Both the position numbers and the translations under genes were made by a program. The notes beneath the pieces are model-generated. The model saw only the letters and a list, made by a program, of their open reading frames with translations, was not told where the DNA came from and did no database searches. This document shows positions 1-8,980 of a DNA stretch of 64,000 nt, in pieces (the stretch's first letter is position 1; each line of letters starts with the position of its first letter). The stretch spans positions 67,855 to 131,854 of the forward strand of contig DASYNL010000045.1 of assembly GCA_036008605.1 (NCBI GenBank), written 5' to 3'. The DNA comes from Solirubrobacteraceae bacterium. Its GTDB lineage: Bacteria; Actinomycetota; Thermoleophilia; Solirubrobacterales; Solirubrobacteraceae.

Positions 1-20
1 ATCGCAATCGCCAACCATCG

Positions 21-380
21 CTAGAGGCCGGGGAGACCGAGCCCGCCGAGCCCGCCGAGCGCACCGGGGTCCAAGCCGCCGGTGACCGCGCCCATCTTGC
101 TCGCCGCCAGCTCCTGGGCTGAGCGCAACGCCTCGTTTGTGGCGGCGAGCACGAGGTCGCAAAGCATGTCCACGTCCTCAGGGTCCACAGCCGCGGGATC
201 GATCTTTACCGAGCGCAGCTCGAGCTCGCCGGAGACGACGACCGTGACGATGCCGCCGCCGGCCGAGGCCTCGACCGTCTCGTTGGCCAGCTCCTGTTGG
301 GCCAGCTCCATGTCTTGCTGCATCTTCTGGACCTGCTTGAGCATCTGCTGCATGTTTGGACGCTGCTGCTTTGGGGGCAC
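21..380 (-). CDS. ybaB: YbaB/EbfC family nucleoid-associated protein
   Basis: MQQMLKQVQKMQQ...VEASAGGGIVTVVVSG...LCDLVLAATNEAL; directly downstream of dnaX; GTG start overlaps the dnaX stop. Confidence 0.9.
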   Translation of the reverse strand: MPPKQQRPNMQQMLKQVQKMQQDMELAQQELANETVEASAGGGIVTVVVSGELELRSVKIDPAAVDPEDVDMLCDLVLAATNEALRSAQELAASKMGAVTGGLDPGALGGLGGLGLPGL

Positions 381-2347
381 TAGTCGCCGCCTTTCTGCTG
401 TTGAAGCCAATCCTCGGGGAGCTCCTCCGCGTCGAGCTCTGCCATCAGGCGCGACATGACCTCCTCCTCGCTGGGAGGCGCACCGTTGCTACCCGCATCC
501 GCCGGCAGGTCCTCGCGCAGCTCGAACTCGAGACGGTAGTGACGACCTGTCAGCCGACGTAGCGTCTCGATCAAGACGGAGCGGTTGGCCGAATCCTCGG
601 CCTTGCGCTTGTGAAAGGCCGCGGTAGTCGGAAAGGCAAGCGTGAGCTCCTGCTCCGTCAGAATCACAGGCGTGGCCTCGCTGAGGACAGCGCCAAGCAG
701 GCCATGCTCGGCACGGACCGACTCGTGCGCGGCGGCCCACAGCGAGTCGAGATCGCCTGGGAGCACGGTGGCCGTCGTTGCGAGCTGCCCCTCATCAGGG
801 GGTGTCGAGGCCGCCGGCGCCGCGACGGCAGCAAGCGCACCCTCGCTCGCGGGGGCCTGCTCGGAGACAACCGAAGATGCAATCCCGTTAACAGGGGCCT
901 GTGCGGACACAGCGGAAGAGACGGCCTCATCGACAGGGGCCTTTCCAGACACACCAGAAGAGACGACCCCGCCAACAGGGGCCTGACCGGACATAACCGA
1001 AGCCGCAACCCCATCGACATGGTCCTGTCCGACCGTCTTGGAAGACCCAACCCCGTCAACAGGGGTCTTTCCGGACACAGCAGAAGAGGAAACCTCAGGC
1101 GAAGGCACGATTGACGTAGGCGACGGGGCGGGCGCGCTCGGAGATGCTGAGGTAGAGGAAACTGGTGCAGCCGGCGTCTGCCGGCCCGCGGCGCCCGCCA
1201 AGCTCTCCTCGAGCCGCTCGATGCGTGCAAGCAAGGCGCGCGCGGAGCCGTCCACCTGGGGAGCCGCGGCCTTGACCAGCGCCAGCTCCAGCTGCGTGCG
1301 CGGGTCGGCGCCGGCGCGCGTGGCCTCCAGTGCGGCGCCGAGGAGGTCGAGCATCCGCACCACCTCGGCCGGCCCGATGCGCTGCGCTTGATCGTACAGT
1401 CGCTCGTCGATCTCAGGAGTGAGCGACAGCTCCGACGGCACCTCCCCCAGCGTTTGCACGACCAGCAGATCGCGGGCGCGAGCCTCGAGGTCGCGCGTGA
1501 ACGAAGCGGCGTCGCGACCGCCCTCGGCGCAGCGCGCCACCGCATGCAAAGCTGCACGCGCATCGCCGGACTGAACCGCATCGAAGGCGTCCGAGAGCAG
1601 CTGCTCGTCGGCGACGCCGAGCACCGCCAGCACGTCGGCAAGCTCGATTCGTGTGCCGCTGTAGGTGACCAACTGCTCGAGCGTGCCGAGCGCGTCGCGG
1701 AAGCTGCCGGTCGCCGAGCGCGCGATCGCCGCCACCGCCTCCGGAGGCATCTCGATCGACTCCGAAGCGGCAGCGCGAGACAGCACGCTTGCGATCTGCT
1801 CGACCGTCGGGCGGTGAAAGTCGAAGCGGTGACAGCGATCGACGACGGTGGCCGGCACCTTGGCGGCCTCGGTCGTGGCGAGCACGAAGACCGTGTGCGG
1901 CGGCGGCTCCTCGAGCGTCTTTAGGAACGCGTTCCAAGCAGCCTGGGAGAGCATGTGCGCCTCATCGAGGATGTAGACCTTGTGACGACCCGAGACCGGC
2001 GCGAACACGACCGACTCGCGCAGTTCGCGGATGTCGTCGACCGAGTTGTTGGAGGCCGCGTCCATCTCGATCACGTCGAGCGAAGTGGCCGAGGCAATCG
2101 AACGGCACGAGTCGCACTGGCCGCACGGCTGCACCGTCGGTCCTTGCTCGCAGTTCAGGCAGGAGGCGAGGATCTTCGCCATCGAGGTCTTGCCAGTGCC
2201 GCGCGAGCCCACGAACAGGTAGGCGTGATGAACGTTTCCCCGTTCAACGGCATGACGCAGAGTGCGCACAACCGGCTCCTGGCCGACGACGTCGGCAAAC
2301 GAGCGCGGGCGGTGTTTGCGGTACAGGGATTGGGCGGCGGCAGCCAT
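380..2347 (-). CDS. dnaX: DNA polymerase III subunit gamma/tau
   Basis: LYRKHRPRSFADVVGQ, Walker A GSRGTGKT, Zn Cys cluster, EMDAASNNSVDDIR, ILDEAHMLS, AFLKTLEEPP. Confidence 0.96.
   Translation of the reverse strand: MAAAAQSLYRKHRPRSFADVVGQEPVVRTLRHAVERGNVHHAYLFVGSRGTGKTSMAKILASCLNCEQGPTVQPCGQCDSCRSIASATSLDVIEMDAASNNSVDDIRELRESVVFAPVSGRHKVYILDEAHMLSQAAWNAFLKTLEEPPPHTVFVLATTEAAKVPATVVDRCHRFDFHRPTVEQIASVLSRAAASESIEMPPEAVAAIARSATGSFRDALGTLEQLVTYSGTRIELADVLAVLGVADEQLLSDAFDAVQSGDARAALHAVARCAEGGRDAASFTRDLEARARDLLVVQTLGEVPSELSLTPEIDERLYDQAQRIGPAEVVRMLDLLGAALEATRAGADPRTQLELALVKAAAPQVDGSARALLARIERLEESLAGAAGRQTPAAPVSSTSASPSAPAPSPTSIVPSPEVSSSAVSGKTPVDGVGSSKTVGQDHVDGVAASVMSGQAPVGGVVSSGVSGKAPVDEAVSSAVSAQAPVNGIASSVVSEQAPASEGALAAVAAPAASTPPDEGQLATTATVLPGDLDSLWAAAHESVRAEHGLLGAVLSEATPVILTEQELTLAFPTTAAFHKRKAEDSANRSVLIETLRRLTGRHYRLEFELREDLPADAGSNGAPPSEEEVMSRLMAELDAEELPEDWLQQQKGGD
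845..1096 (-). repeat. Six degenerate 42-nt tandem repeats in the dnaX linker (14-aa units like SSAVSGKTPVDGVG)
   Basis: aggggcct-like motif recurs at 851, 893, 935, 977, 1019, 1061 (period 42). Confidence 0.85.
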
Positions 2348-2415
2348 CGAGGCCAGTCTACCCCGGCCCGCGGCCCGCTCAGATAGCGTGCGCCGCTGTG
2401 GCTAGCACCGTAAAA

Positions 2416-3915
2416 ATGGACGATGCCCCTCCCGCGCGCGCGGGGCATCGCACTCTGGCGAACATCCGGCGACGCCTCCGGGGCTGGGCGCCGGCAACGC
2501 TTGCGATCCTCGCCGGCGCGCTCGTGCTGTGGCTAATCACGGGCGTCGGCTTCGTCAACTACGACACGCTGTACGGCCTCGTCTGGGGCCAGCAGCTGAC
2601 GCGTGGGGAAACGCCCGAATACGGCCTGCCGATCGCCCCCACGCCGCACCCGTTGGTCGAGCTGCTCGGCATCCCGCTGGCCCCGCTCGGCGCAAGCGCC
2701 GCCACCACGATCACGGTGGCGCTCGCCTTTCTCGCGCTGTCGGCGTGCGGTTGGATCGTCTACCGGCTCGGCAGCGCTTGGTTCGGGCGCGCCGCCGGAA
2801 TCGTGGCAGCGCTGATCCTGCTGACCCGCCCGGAAGTGCTCTCCTACGGGGTCCGCGCTTACGTGGACGTCCCTTACCTGCTGTTGGTCTTGAGCGCACT
2901 GCTCGTGGAGACGCGCAAGCCCCGCGCGGGAGCGCCCGTGCTCGTGCTGCTGGGGCTGGCAGGCTTGCTGCGCCCAGAGGCCTGGGCTTTTTCTGGGATT
3001 TATTGGGTCGTGCTGGTCGTCTACTCGGCCCGGTCCACGCCCGAGCGCACGCGCCGGCAACTCGCCCAGCTCGCGCTGCTCGCCGCGGCCGCACCCTTGA
3101 TCTGGGTATTGAGCGACCTGCTCGTCACCGGCAACGCGATGTGGTCCCTGACCAACACCAAACACACCGCGGAGATCCTCGGCCGCGAGACCGGTATAGC
3201 CAAGGTGCCCGAATACATACCAAGGCGCATCGGCGAGATCCTGCGCCCCGTTCCGCTGCTCGGTGCCGCGCTCGGCGCGGTCCTGTCGCTCGTCTGGCTG
3301 GGCAAGCGCGCCAGGCTGGCCGCGGCGGCGGGGCTGCTTGCCGTAATCGTGTTTGCCGCAATGGCAACTTTCGGCCTGCCGATCGATACCCGCTACGCGT
3401 TCCTGGCCTCGGCGATCCTGTGTCTGTTCTGTGGCGCCGGCGTGTTCGGCTGGAGCGCCTTGCCCAAGGGCGACAGACGCCGCCTACCGTGGATGGCGGC
3501 CGGCGGTGTCGTGCTCTTGGCGCTGCTCGCGACGCTGCCAGGCCAGGTGCGCTCAGCCCACCACCAGCTGCGCAACCTGGCCCATCAAGAAAGCATCCAG
3601 GACGAACTGCTGGCGATGGTGCACAACAAAGCAATCGCTCTGAAGTGCGGCCCGGTGGGAGTCCCAAACCACGCTCCCATCCCTTTGCTCGCGCTCTACC
3701 TGAAAGCGCGCCCCGGCTTGATCGTCAGCGCCGAAGCGACCCGTGCCGAAGCCAAACAGCAGGAATACGGAAGCTACGCCGACCCGGCAAGCGTCGAAGT
3801 CGAAAAGGACTACGTCCTCGACCCGAAGGATCCGCACCTACCCGTGTCGATCCCTCCCGGCTTCCTGGAGACCAAGGCAAACACCTCCTGGCTGGTATTC
3901 GCGCACTGTCACTGA
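2416..3915 (+). CDS. Polytopic membrane protein, possibly GT-C fold glycosyltransferase-like
   Basis: Many hydrophobic helices; acidic NYD in first extracytoplasmic loop; ATG 2416 chosen over the long upstream ORF extension that is antisense to dnaX. Confidence 0.5.
   Translation: MDDAPPARAGHRTLANIRRRLRGWAPATLAILAGALVLWLITGVGFVNYDTLYGLVWGQQLTRGETPEYGLPIAPTPHPLVELLGIPLAPLGASAATTITVALAFLALSACGWIVYRLGSAWFGRAAGIVAALILLTRPEVLSYGVRAYVDVPYLLLVLSALLVETRKPRAGAPVLVLLGLAGLLRPEAWAFSGIYWVVLVVYSARSTPERTRRQLAQLALLAAAAPLIWVLSDLLVTGNAMWSLTNTKHTAEILGRETGIAKVPEYIPRRIGEILRPVPLLGAALGAVLSLVWLGKRARLAAAAGLLAVIVFAAMATFGLPIDTRYAFLASAILCLFCGAGVFGWSALPKGDRRRLPWMAAGGVVLLALLATLPGQVRSAHHQLRNLAHQESIQDELLAMVHNKAIALKCGPVGVPNHAPIPLLALYLKARPGLIVSAEATRAEAKQQEYGSYADPASVEVEKDYVLDPKDPHLPVSIPPGFLETKANTSWLVFAHCH
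2421..2450. repeat. REP-like GC palindrome CGATGCCCC..GCGCGCGC..GGGGCATCG, copy 1
   Basis: 9-bp perfect arms; related copies at 39097, 44549, 46031. Confidence 0.7.
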
Positions 3916-4065
3916 GCGGCACGCCCAACCCTTGCTTGGTACCCGCGCAGAGTCAATGGTTGGTATTCAGCGCCCTGTTACCGGAGGGCACGCCAACCCT
4001 GCCCGGGACCCGCGCGAGCGTTCGGGGTTGGTTTTCGTCGACTGTCACCAGCGGGCACGCCAAAT
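3891..4065. repeat. Degenerate 68-bp tandem repeat, about 2.6 copies
   Basis: Units start at 3891 (gctggtattc), 3959 (gttggtattc), 4027 (gttggttttc); shared core actgt(c/t)ac..ggcacgcc(c)aa. Confidence 0.75.
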
Positions 4066-4079
4066 CCAATCCAAAAAAT

Positions 4080-4354
4080 GGACCGTGCACCCCTCGTCGA
4101 AGCTTCCGCCTCCAATCGCCTGATCGCCGCCCGGAACTCCGGATCGGGTGCTCCCGCTGCGCCTGCCGGGGTTCGCTTAAGGCTGCTTCCTTCCGGACCT
4201 GACCTGGTTCACGAGCCGACACCGCGCGGGACCCGAGCCATCGACGCTCCAAAGCGGCGGAGCGACCGGAGCGAAACCCCTCGAAGGGGAGTTCAGCCCC
4301 GCTAGAGCGGATTGCGGATTCAGGGCGCCGCTACATCCCCGCCTAGCACGGTCC
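4080..4354 (-). ncRNA. ffs: Large (Alu-domain-containing) bacterial SRP RNA
   Basis: Minus strand: 5' GGACCGTGCTAGGCGGGGATGTAGCGGCGCCCTG..GCAATCCGCTCTAGCGGGGCTGAA (Alu domain); S-domain GTGAACCAGGTCAGGTCCGGAAGGAAGCAGC; 3' GGTGCACGGTCC pairs with the 5' end; near dnaX. Confidence 0.93.
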
Positions 4355-4446
4355 ATGAGCGATCGTAGCGCGAAGCCCAAGTCGAGATGCTGCGCACGCT
4401 TGTGTGCAACGCCGAAGGCCCCGATACGTTAGGCTGCCGAACCGTT

Positions 4447-5061
4447 ATGAACTTCAACTACTTCCACTCCCCCAAGCTTCCCGGGCGCACGCGCCTCGGC
4501 CTCACGTTGGCGACGCTCGGTACAGCCGCCCTGATCGCCGGCTGCGGCGGCAGCTCCAGCGGATCGAGCTCGATCACTGTCGGCAACGAGTCTGACGTCA
4601 CCTCCGTGCCACACGTCTCCGGCGAAACGACGCCGACGAGCAGCACGCCGACGACCCCGACTTCGACGGCCAAGACGCCCACCAGCGGGCCGCTTGCGAG
4701 CAAGCCGACGGTTACGGTGCCAAGCGGCGCTGCACCGACGGCGCTCGTGACCAAGGAACTCATCGTTGGCACCGGGCCGGAAGCCAAGGCCGGCGACTCG
4801 GTGACGGTCAACTACGTCGGCGTGCTCTACAACGGCGGCAAGGAATTCGACTCTTCGTGGAAGCGCAACGAACCGTTCACGTTCACGCTCGGCAAGGGTC
4901 AGGTCATCCCAGGCTGGGACCAGGGAGTGGCGGGCATGAAGGTCGGTGGACGGCGCGAGCTGATCATCCCCTCAGAACTTGCCTACGGCAAGCGTGGCTC
5001 GCCACCCACGATCCCGGCGAACGCGCCGCTCGTGTTCGTGGTGGATCTGCTCGGCGTCTAG
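4447..5061 (+). CDS. FKBP-type peptidyl-prolyl isomerase (lipoprotein-like N-terminus)
   Basis: VTVNYVGVL..GKEFDSSW..FTLGKGQVIPGWDQGVAGMKVGGRRELIIPSELAYG; lipobox LIAGC. Confidence 0.92.
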   Translation: MNFNYFHSPKLPGRTRLGLTLATLGTAALIAGCGGSSSGSSSITVGNESDVTSVPHVSGETTPTSSTPTTPTSTAKTPTSGPLASKPTVTVPSGAAPTALVTKELIVGTGPEAKAGDSVTVNYVGVLYNGGKEFDSSWKRNEPFTFTLGKGQVIPGWDQGVAGMKVGGRRELIIPSELAYGKRGSPPTIPANAPLVFVVDLLGV

Positions 5062-5202
5062 CGCAAACGCGAGCCCATAGCGCCCAGCACAAGCCTCTCG
5101 CGCAGTAAGAGCCCTCGCGCCATCTGCACACGCGGCGCGAGGTCCCGGTCGCCGCGCCTGAGCGGGCGCATCGGGAGCAATGTCATTACGAGCGCTCGCG
5201 CG

Positions 5203-5907
5203 TTGAGCCTTGGAGTAGTCGCCCTGGTGTGCATTGCTGCGCCGATCGCCGGCTGCGGCCCGAGCTCGGCCTCTCATGCGCAGAGCGACCGTGAACTGGC
5301 ACTCCAGCGCACGCAGTTCGAGCAGGTGTCAAGCCAGTTGAGTGCCCTCGAGGGAGCGGTCAAGCGCGAGGTCACCGCCTCGCGTGGGGCGTGGACGCCG
5401 ATAGCGGACGGCCTGCCCCGGGTGCTGGGGAGCAGTTTGCGCACAGCTGTGAGCCTCGCAAATGCGCGCGCCAAGGCGCTCCCCGAACCATCGTTCCTGG
5501 CAAACGCAAGCAAGCTCACAGGCCCTGCCGCCGGCATCGCCGGCATCTACGAGAACTACGAACAGCTCGCCCAGCGCGGCTGGAACCTGAGCGAAGCAGC
5601 GGTCCGAGCGATCTCAAACGCCGGCCCTGCCCGTAGGAGCAGGGATGCTGCCAGCGCTAGGACGAGCGTCGCGCAAGCGAGCTTTGCGCGCATGAACACC
5701 CCCCTTTACATAGACAGCGTCTATGACGGCCACTTCGACCTGTCGTTGCTTGGCAAGAGCATCTCCAACGGCTACGAAAAGCTAGGTGGCACGCAAGCGT
5801 TCGGCACAGCACTCACGCAAAGCCAAATCAATGCGCTCGCAGCTGCCTATTCGATCCCAGCGGTGCGCTTGGAGCCACATCCGGCGGGGGCCGCCAAGGA
5901 CGGGTAG
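5203..5907 (+). CDS. Hypothetical lipoprotein
   Basis: Signal-like N-terminus ending PIAGC; 234-aa ORF with no recognised domain. Confidence 0.5.
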   Translation: MSLGVVALVCIAAPIAGCGPSSASHAQSDRELALQRTQFEQVSSQLSALEGAVKREVTASRGAWTPIADGLPRVLGSSLRTAVSLANARAKALPEPSFLANASKLTGPAAGIAGIYENYEQLAQRGWNLSEAAVRAISNAGPARRSRDAASARTSVAQASFARMNTPLYIDSVYDGHFDLSLLGKSISNGYEKLGGTQAFGTALTQSQINALAAAYSIPAVRLEPHPAGAAKDG

Positions 5908-6027
5908 GCACAGCCTGCACCGGCATCTTCGACAGCCGACCGCGACGACCCAAGTGGCTCGCAGGCGCCATTCTTAGACTGGGAGTCATACTCAGCTAGC
6001 CACTTTCTCCCTATCCCCAGGAGCCAA

Positions 6028-6456
6028 ATGTCCACCTCGCCGCAGGACTTCAACGCCAAGATCATCGACGAATTCCACGCCAACGAAGGACGCGTCGGTG
6101 GCATGTTCGAGGGCATGCCGCTGCTGCTCCTGCATCACACCGGAGCCAAGTCGGGCCAGAGTCGCATCAACCCGCTTACCTACCAGGACGACAACGGACG
6201 CTACGTCATATTCGCGTCCAAGGCCGGGGCACCCACCAACCCCGACTGGTACTACAACCTCAAGGCCAACCCGAACGTCAAGATCGAGGTCGGCGGCGAC
6301 ACGATCGACGCCGTCGCCAGCGAGGCCACCGGCGCTGAGCGCGAGCGACTGTTCGACACACAGAAGGCACGCGTGCCGCAGTTCGCTGAGTACGAACAGA
6401 AAGCAGCCGGGCGGGTTATCCCGGTGATCGTGCTCACGCCGGTGGAAGCCGCTTGA
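6028..6456 (+). CDS. Deazaflavin (F420)-dependent nitroreductase family oxidoreductase
   Basis: LLLHHTGAKSGQSRINPL, ASKAGAPTNPDWYYNL, FAEYEQKAAGRVIPVIVL. Confidence 0.9.
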   Translation: MSTSPQDFNAKIIDEFHANEGRVGGMFEGMPLLLLHHTGAKSGQSRINPLTYQDDNGRYVIFASKAGAPTNPDWYYNLKANPNVKIEVGGDTIDAVASEATGAERERLFDTQKARVPQFAEYEQKAAGRVIPVIVLTPVEAA

Positions 6457-6590
6457 CAGCGCTGGGGAGGCGCAGGACGTGGCTAGCTGCCCGCCAGGCG
6501 TCGAGAATGTAGCCGGGCCGCTCGCGAAGAATGGGCGCGCTCTGGATGGGGCGGCGAGCGCCAGGCAAGCCCAATACACTCAGGAGCCTG

Positions 6591-6662
6591 GGACGCGTAG
6601 CTCAGTGGGAGAGCGCTCGCTTCACACGCGAGAGGTCGCAGGTTCGAAACCCGCCGCGTCCA
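6591..6662 (+). tRNA. tRNA-Val (anticodon CAC), CCA not encoded
   Basis: Acceptor GGACGCG/CGCGTCC; D arm GCTCAGTGGGAGAGC; anticodon arm CTCGC-TTCACAC-GCGAG; T loop GGTTCGAA. Confidence 0.95.
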
Positions 6663-6747
6663 TTTGTAGGGAGGAGAGCAGCCCTAATCGAACCCATTTG
6701 GGGCTTGCCGTCATTTGACAACTCGCCCGTCGGCTCCGTCCGCTAGC

Positions 6748-7071
6748 GTGATCCTCATGGATGACGACATCGAGCGTGCCGCGCGTACGCTGGCCGAAAC
6801 CGCAGGATCGCCAGTGCGCGTGATCCTTTTCGGCTCGCACGCACGCGGAGAAGCGCGCGCCGGGAGCGATCTCGACTTCCTCGTAATCGAGCCCGAAGTG
6901 TCCGACCGCCACGCTGAGATGGTGCGCCTGAGAAGTGCACTGCATGGCATGCGCCGACCGATCGACGTACTCGTCTACAGCGAGGCACAGGTAGATGAGT
7001 GGGGCGAGGCACGGGGCTCCGTACTTCACGCCGCGCTTTCCGAGGGCAGGGTGCTTGTCGAAGCTCGATGA
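6748..7071 (+). CDS. Minimal nucleotidyltransferase (MNT) antitoxin-like protein
   Basis: VILFGSHARGEARAGSDLDFLVI (GSxARG..SDxD motif). Confidence 0.88.
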   Translation: MILMDDDIERAARTLAETAGSPVRVILFGSHARGEARAGSDLDFLVIEPEVSDRHAEMVRLRSALHGMRRPIDVLVYSEAQVDEWGEARGSVLHAALSEGRVLVEAR

Positions 7072-7474
7072 ACGAGATGTAGCCGACGCTCTCCTGGCCA
7101 AGGCAGGTGGCGATGAGGCTGGACTGCGCGCACTCGCAGACAACCCTGACGTGCCTGACCATGTCGCCGGCTTCCTCGCGCAGCAAGCGATCGAGAAGGC
7201 GCTCAAGGCAGTTCTCACAGCGCGCGACGTGCAGTTTGAGCGCAGCCACGACATCGACTACCTATGCGACCTGATCGAGAGCGCCGGGCTGACTCTGACG
7301 CCAGAGCTGAAGTCTGCCGTCGCGCTAACGCCGTGGGCAGTCGAGTTTCGTTACGCCGACCCTTACGACGTGGCCCCACTCGATCGGACCGAGGCGTTGA
7401 CGACCGTCGTCGCCGTGCGAGAATGGGCCACCGAGACCATCAAGTCTTCCAACGGAGACGAAACTCCTCACTGA
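7055..7474 (+). CDS. HEPN domain protein (partner of MNT)
   Basis: FLAQQAIEKALKAVL...RSHDIDYL...RY; overlaps the MNT gene. Confidence 0.85.
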   Translation: MSKLDERDVADALLAKAGGDEAGLRALADNPDVPDHVAGFLAQQAIEKALKAVLTARDVQFERSHDIDYLCDLIESAGLTLTPELKSAVALTPWAVEFRYADPYDVAPLDRTEALTTVVAVREWATETIKSSNGDETPH

Positions 7475-7586
7475 CCGCTATCTTGCCCAGTTTCTCTGAC
7501 CGGCCTAGCAGCTGCGGATCACCGCCTTGAAGCCGATCAATCGTGGTGACTTGAGGGGCTGATTAGAGCCGAGGATTGGTGCACAG

Positions 7587-8186
7587 GTGTGTCGTACAGG
7601 CGTTGAGCGCTCGTTGGTTCCGTCAACCACACCAAGCGTCGCTCCGAGTCAAATGGTTGACATGTCTAAGGGAGCGCGAGGCAAAGCGGTCAGTCGCAAA
7701 CCTTCGATCGTCTATTCGGCGATCGTCGTTGTCAGCCTGGCGATGACAGTCCTTGGCGCCGTCGTCGCCGTCATCGGAGTCTCAAGTGGCGGCCTGTTCA
7801 GCGCCAGTATTGGCGATGCACACGTCAAGACCACCAGCGTGGGGCTCTCCATAATGGTGGTGGGGGCATTGCTCGACTTGGTCCCGCTCACCGGCGACCT
7901 CTCCGACATTCAGCCGGAGGAGTACACACGCCAAGTCGTCGAGGCGATGATCAGCTACGCACCCCAGCTAACGCCCACCCGATGCGAACAGGCACTCATA
8001 TCCACCGCCGTGCCCGCCAGCTATCAGGCGGGGAGCCAGTGGCCCACAGGGAAGCCAACGGTCAACCTCGCCAGCGCCTTCCGCAATGTCGGCTTGGGGT
8101 GGCTGGTTGAGGAGGGCCTGACGAACAAGGCAGTCGCTGAGCGACGGCGCAGCGGACGGGTCCCGCCAGTGGTGCGGGGTTACTGA
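7587..8186 (+). CDS. Hypothetical protein, possibly a chimeric remnant (two TM helices plus subtilase-C-terminus-like segment)
   Basis: Hydrophobic helices then ISYAPQLTPTRCEQALISTA..GKPTVNLASAF; resemblance judged by eye only. Confidence 0.3.
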   Translation: MCRTGVERSLVPSTTPSVAPSQMVDMSKGARGKAVSRKPSIVYSAIVVVSLAMTVLGAVVAVIGVSSGGLFSASIGDAHVKTTSVGLSIMVVGALLDLVPLTGDLSDIQPEEYTRQVVEAMISYAPQLTPTRCEQALISTAVPASYQAGSQWPTGKPTVNLASAFRNVGLGWLVEEGLTNKAVAERRRSGRVPPVVRGY

Positions 8187-8276
8187 GAGATTCGCTCAGC
8201 GCGACCATTGCGTCGGGGTCGGGGACGCAGTCCTATCCGGGTCGGCAGCATCGCCACGCGCCAGACGAGAAGTGTG

Positions 8277-8651
8277 TTAGATCAGCCGATACCGCCCGCG
8301 TTCCAGCCGCACGACTCGGGACTGCCGATCCTGAACCTGCTTAGCCAACCAGTTCTTGACCGAGGAGGCCGGCACCGACATCCCGAGGAACTCTTCGACC
8401 TCGGCATGGACGTCGCGTACCCTCATAGGCTTGCCAGCATCGGCCAAGACACGCTCGATGGCCTTGGGCACGATGCCACCACGGAGCTTACGGTCCTGGC
8501 GAACTGAAGGACGAGGAGCCGCGTCGCTGGCCACAAGCCGGTCCAACTTATCGGACAACTGGCGTAGCCGCTCTTGGATCTCCGGGTTCGAATAGCACCC
8601 AAGCAGCCCCATTTGTGGGAGGAGACTCGCAGATATCTTGGGGCGCTTCAC
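8277..8651 (-). CDS. Hypothetical winged-helix-like protein reading across the att-like repeat
   Basis: AIERVLADAGKPMRVRDVHAEVEEFLG..SSVKNWL..VVRLERGRYRL; N-terminus QMGLLGCYSNP spans 8585-8625. Confidence 0.5.
   Translation of the reverse strand: MKRPKISASLLPQMGLLGCYSNPEIQERLRQLSDKLDRLVASDAAPRPSVRQDRKLRGGIVPKAIERVLADAGKPMRVRDVHAEVEEFLGMSVPASSVKNWLAKQVQDRQSRVVRLERGRYRLI
8585..8625 (+). repeat. Degenerate direct repeat of the tRNA-Val 3' end plus downstream flank (att-like)
   Basis: GGTTCGAA-tagc-ACCC-aagcagcc-CCATTTGT-GGGAGGAGA versus 6641-6677 GGTTCGAA-ACCC-gccgcgt-CCATTTGTAGGGAGGAGA. Confidence 0.7.
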
Positions 8652-8980
8652 GCTAACCCGTCAGTCGCGTTATCTGTCGTCTCGGCGGACAAGACGGATA
8701 GCGTCACTGCGGACAGCATGCCGACGAGAACACCGGTAGCCGACCACAGTTGCAGCCAGAGCGGTGTCGCATCTAGCAAAAGCCCGGCCATGGCCGCCCC
8801 CTCACCCAGAAGCATGACAAAGAGGCCGTAGACCCAGTAAAACGTCTTGAATGGCAACGCTCCGCCCCCTTTGTCAGCACGTGGCTGCACAACGACCGCA
8901 ACGAAGAGAACAGGGATCGCTGTTCCACAGACAAGGTAGAAATTTTGTAGATGCGCGGAAAGGGCGTCGCTCGCCATCAT
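8648..8980 (-). CDS. Small hypothetical membrane protein (about 3 TM)
   Basis: 110-aa hydrophobic ORF. Confidence 0.4.
   Translation of the reverse strand: MMASDALSAHLQNFYLVCGTAIPVLFVAVVVQPRADKGGGALPFKTFYWVYGLFVMLLGEGAAMAGLLLDATPLWLQLWSATGVLVGMLSAVTLSVLSAETTDNATDGLA

Noticed and set aside
3891-4065. CRISPR array
   Set aside because: The would-be spacers resemble each other, the repeats are degenerate and there are no cas genes; this is a tandem repeat.
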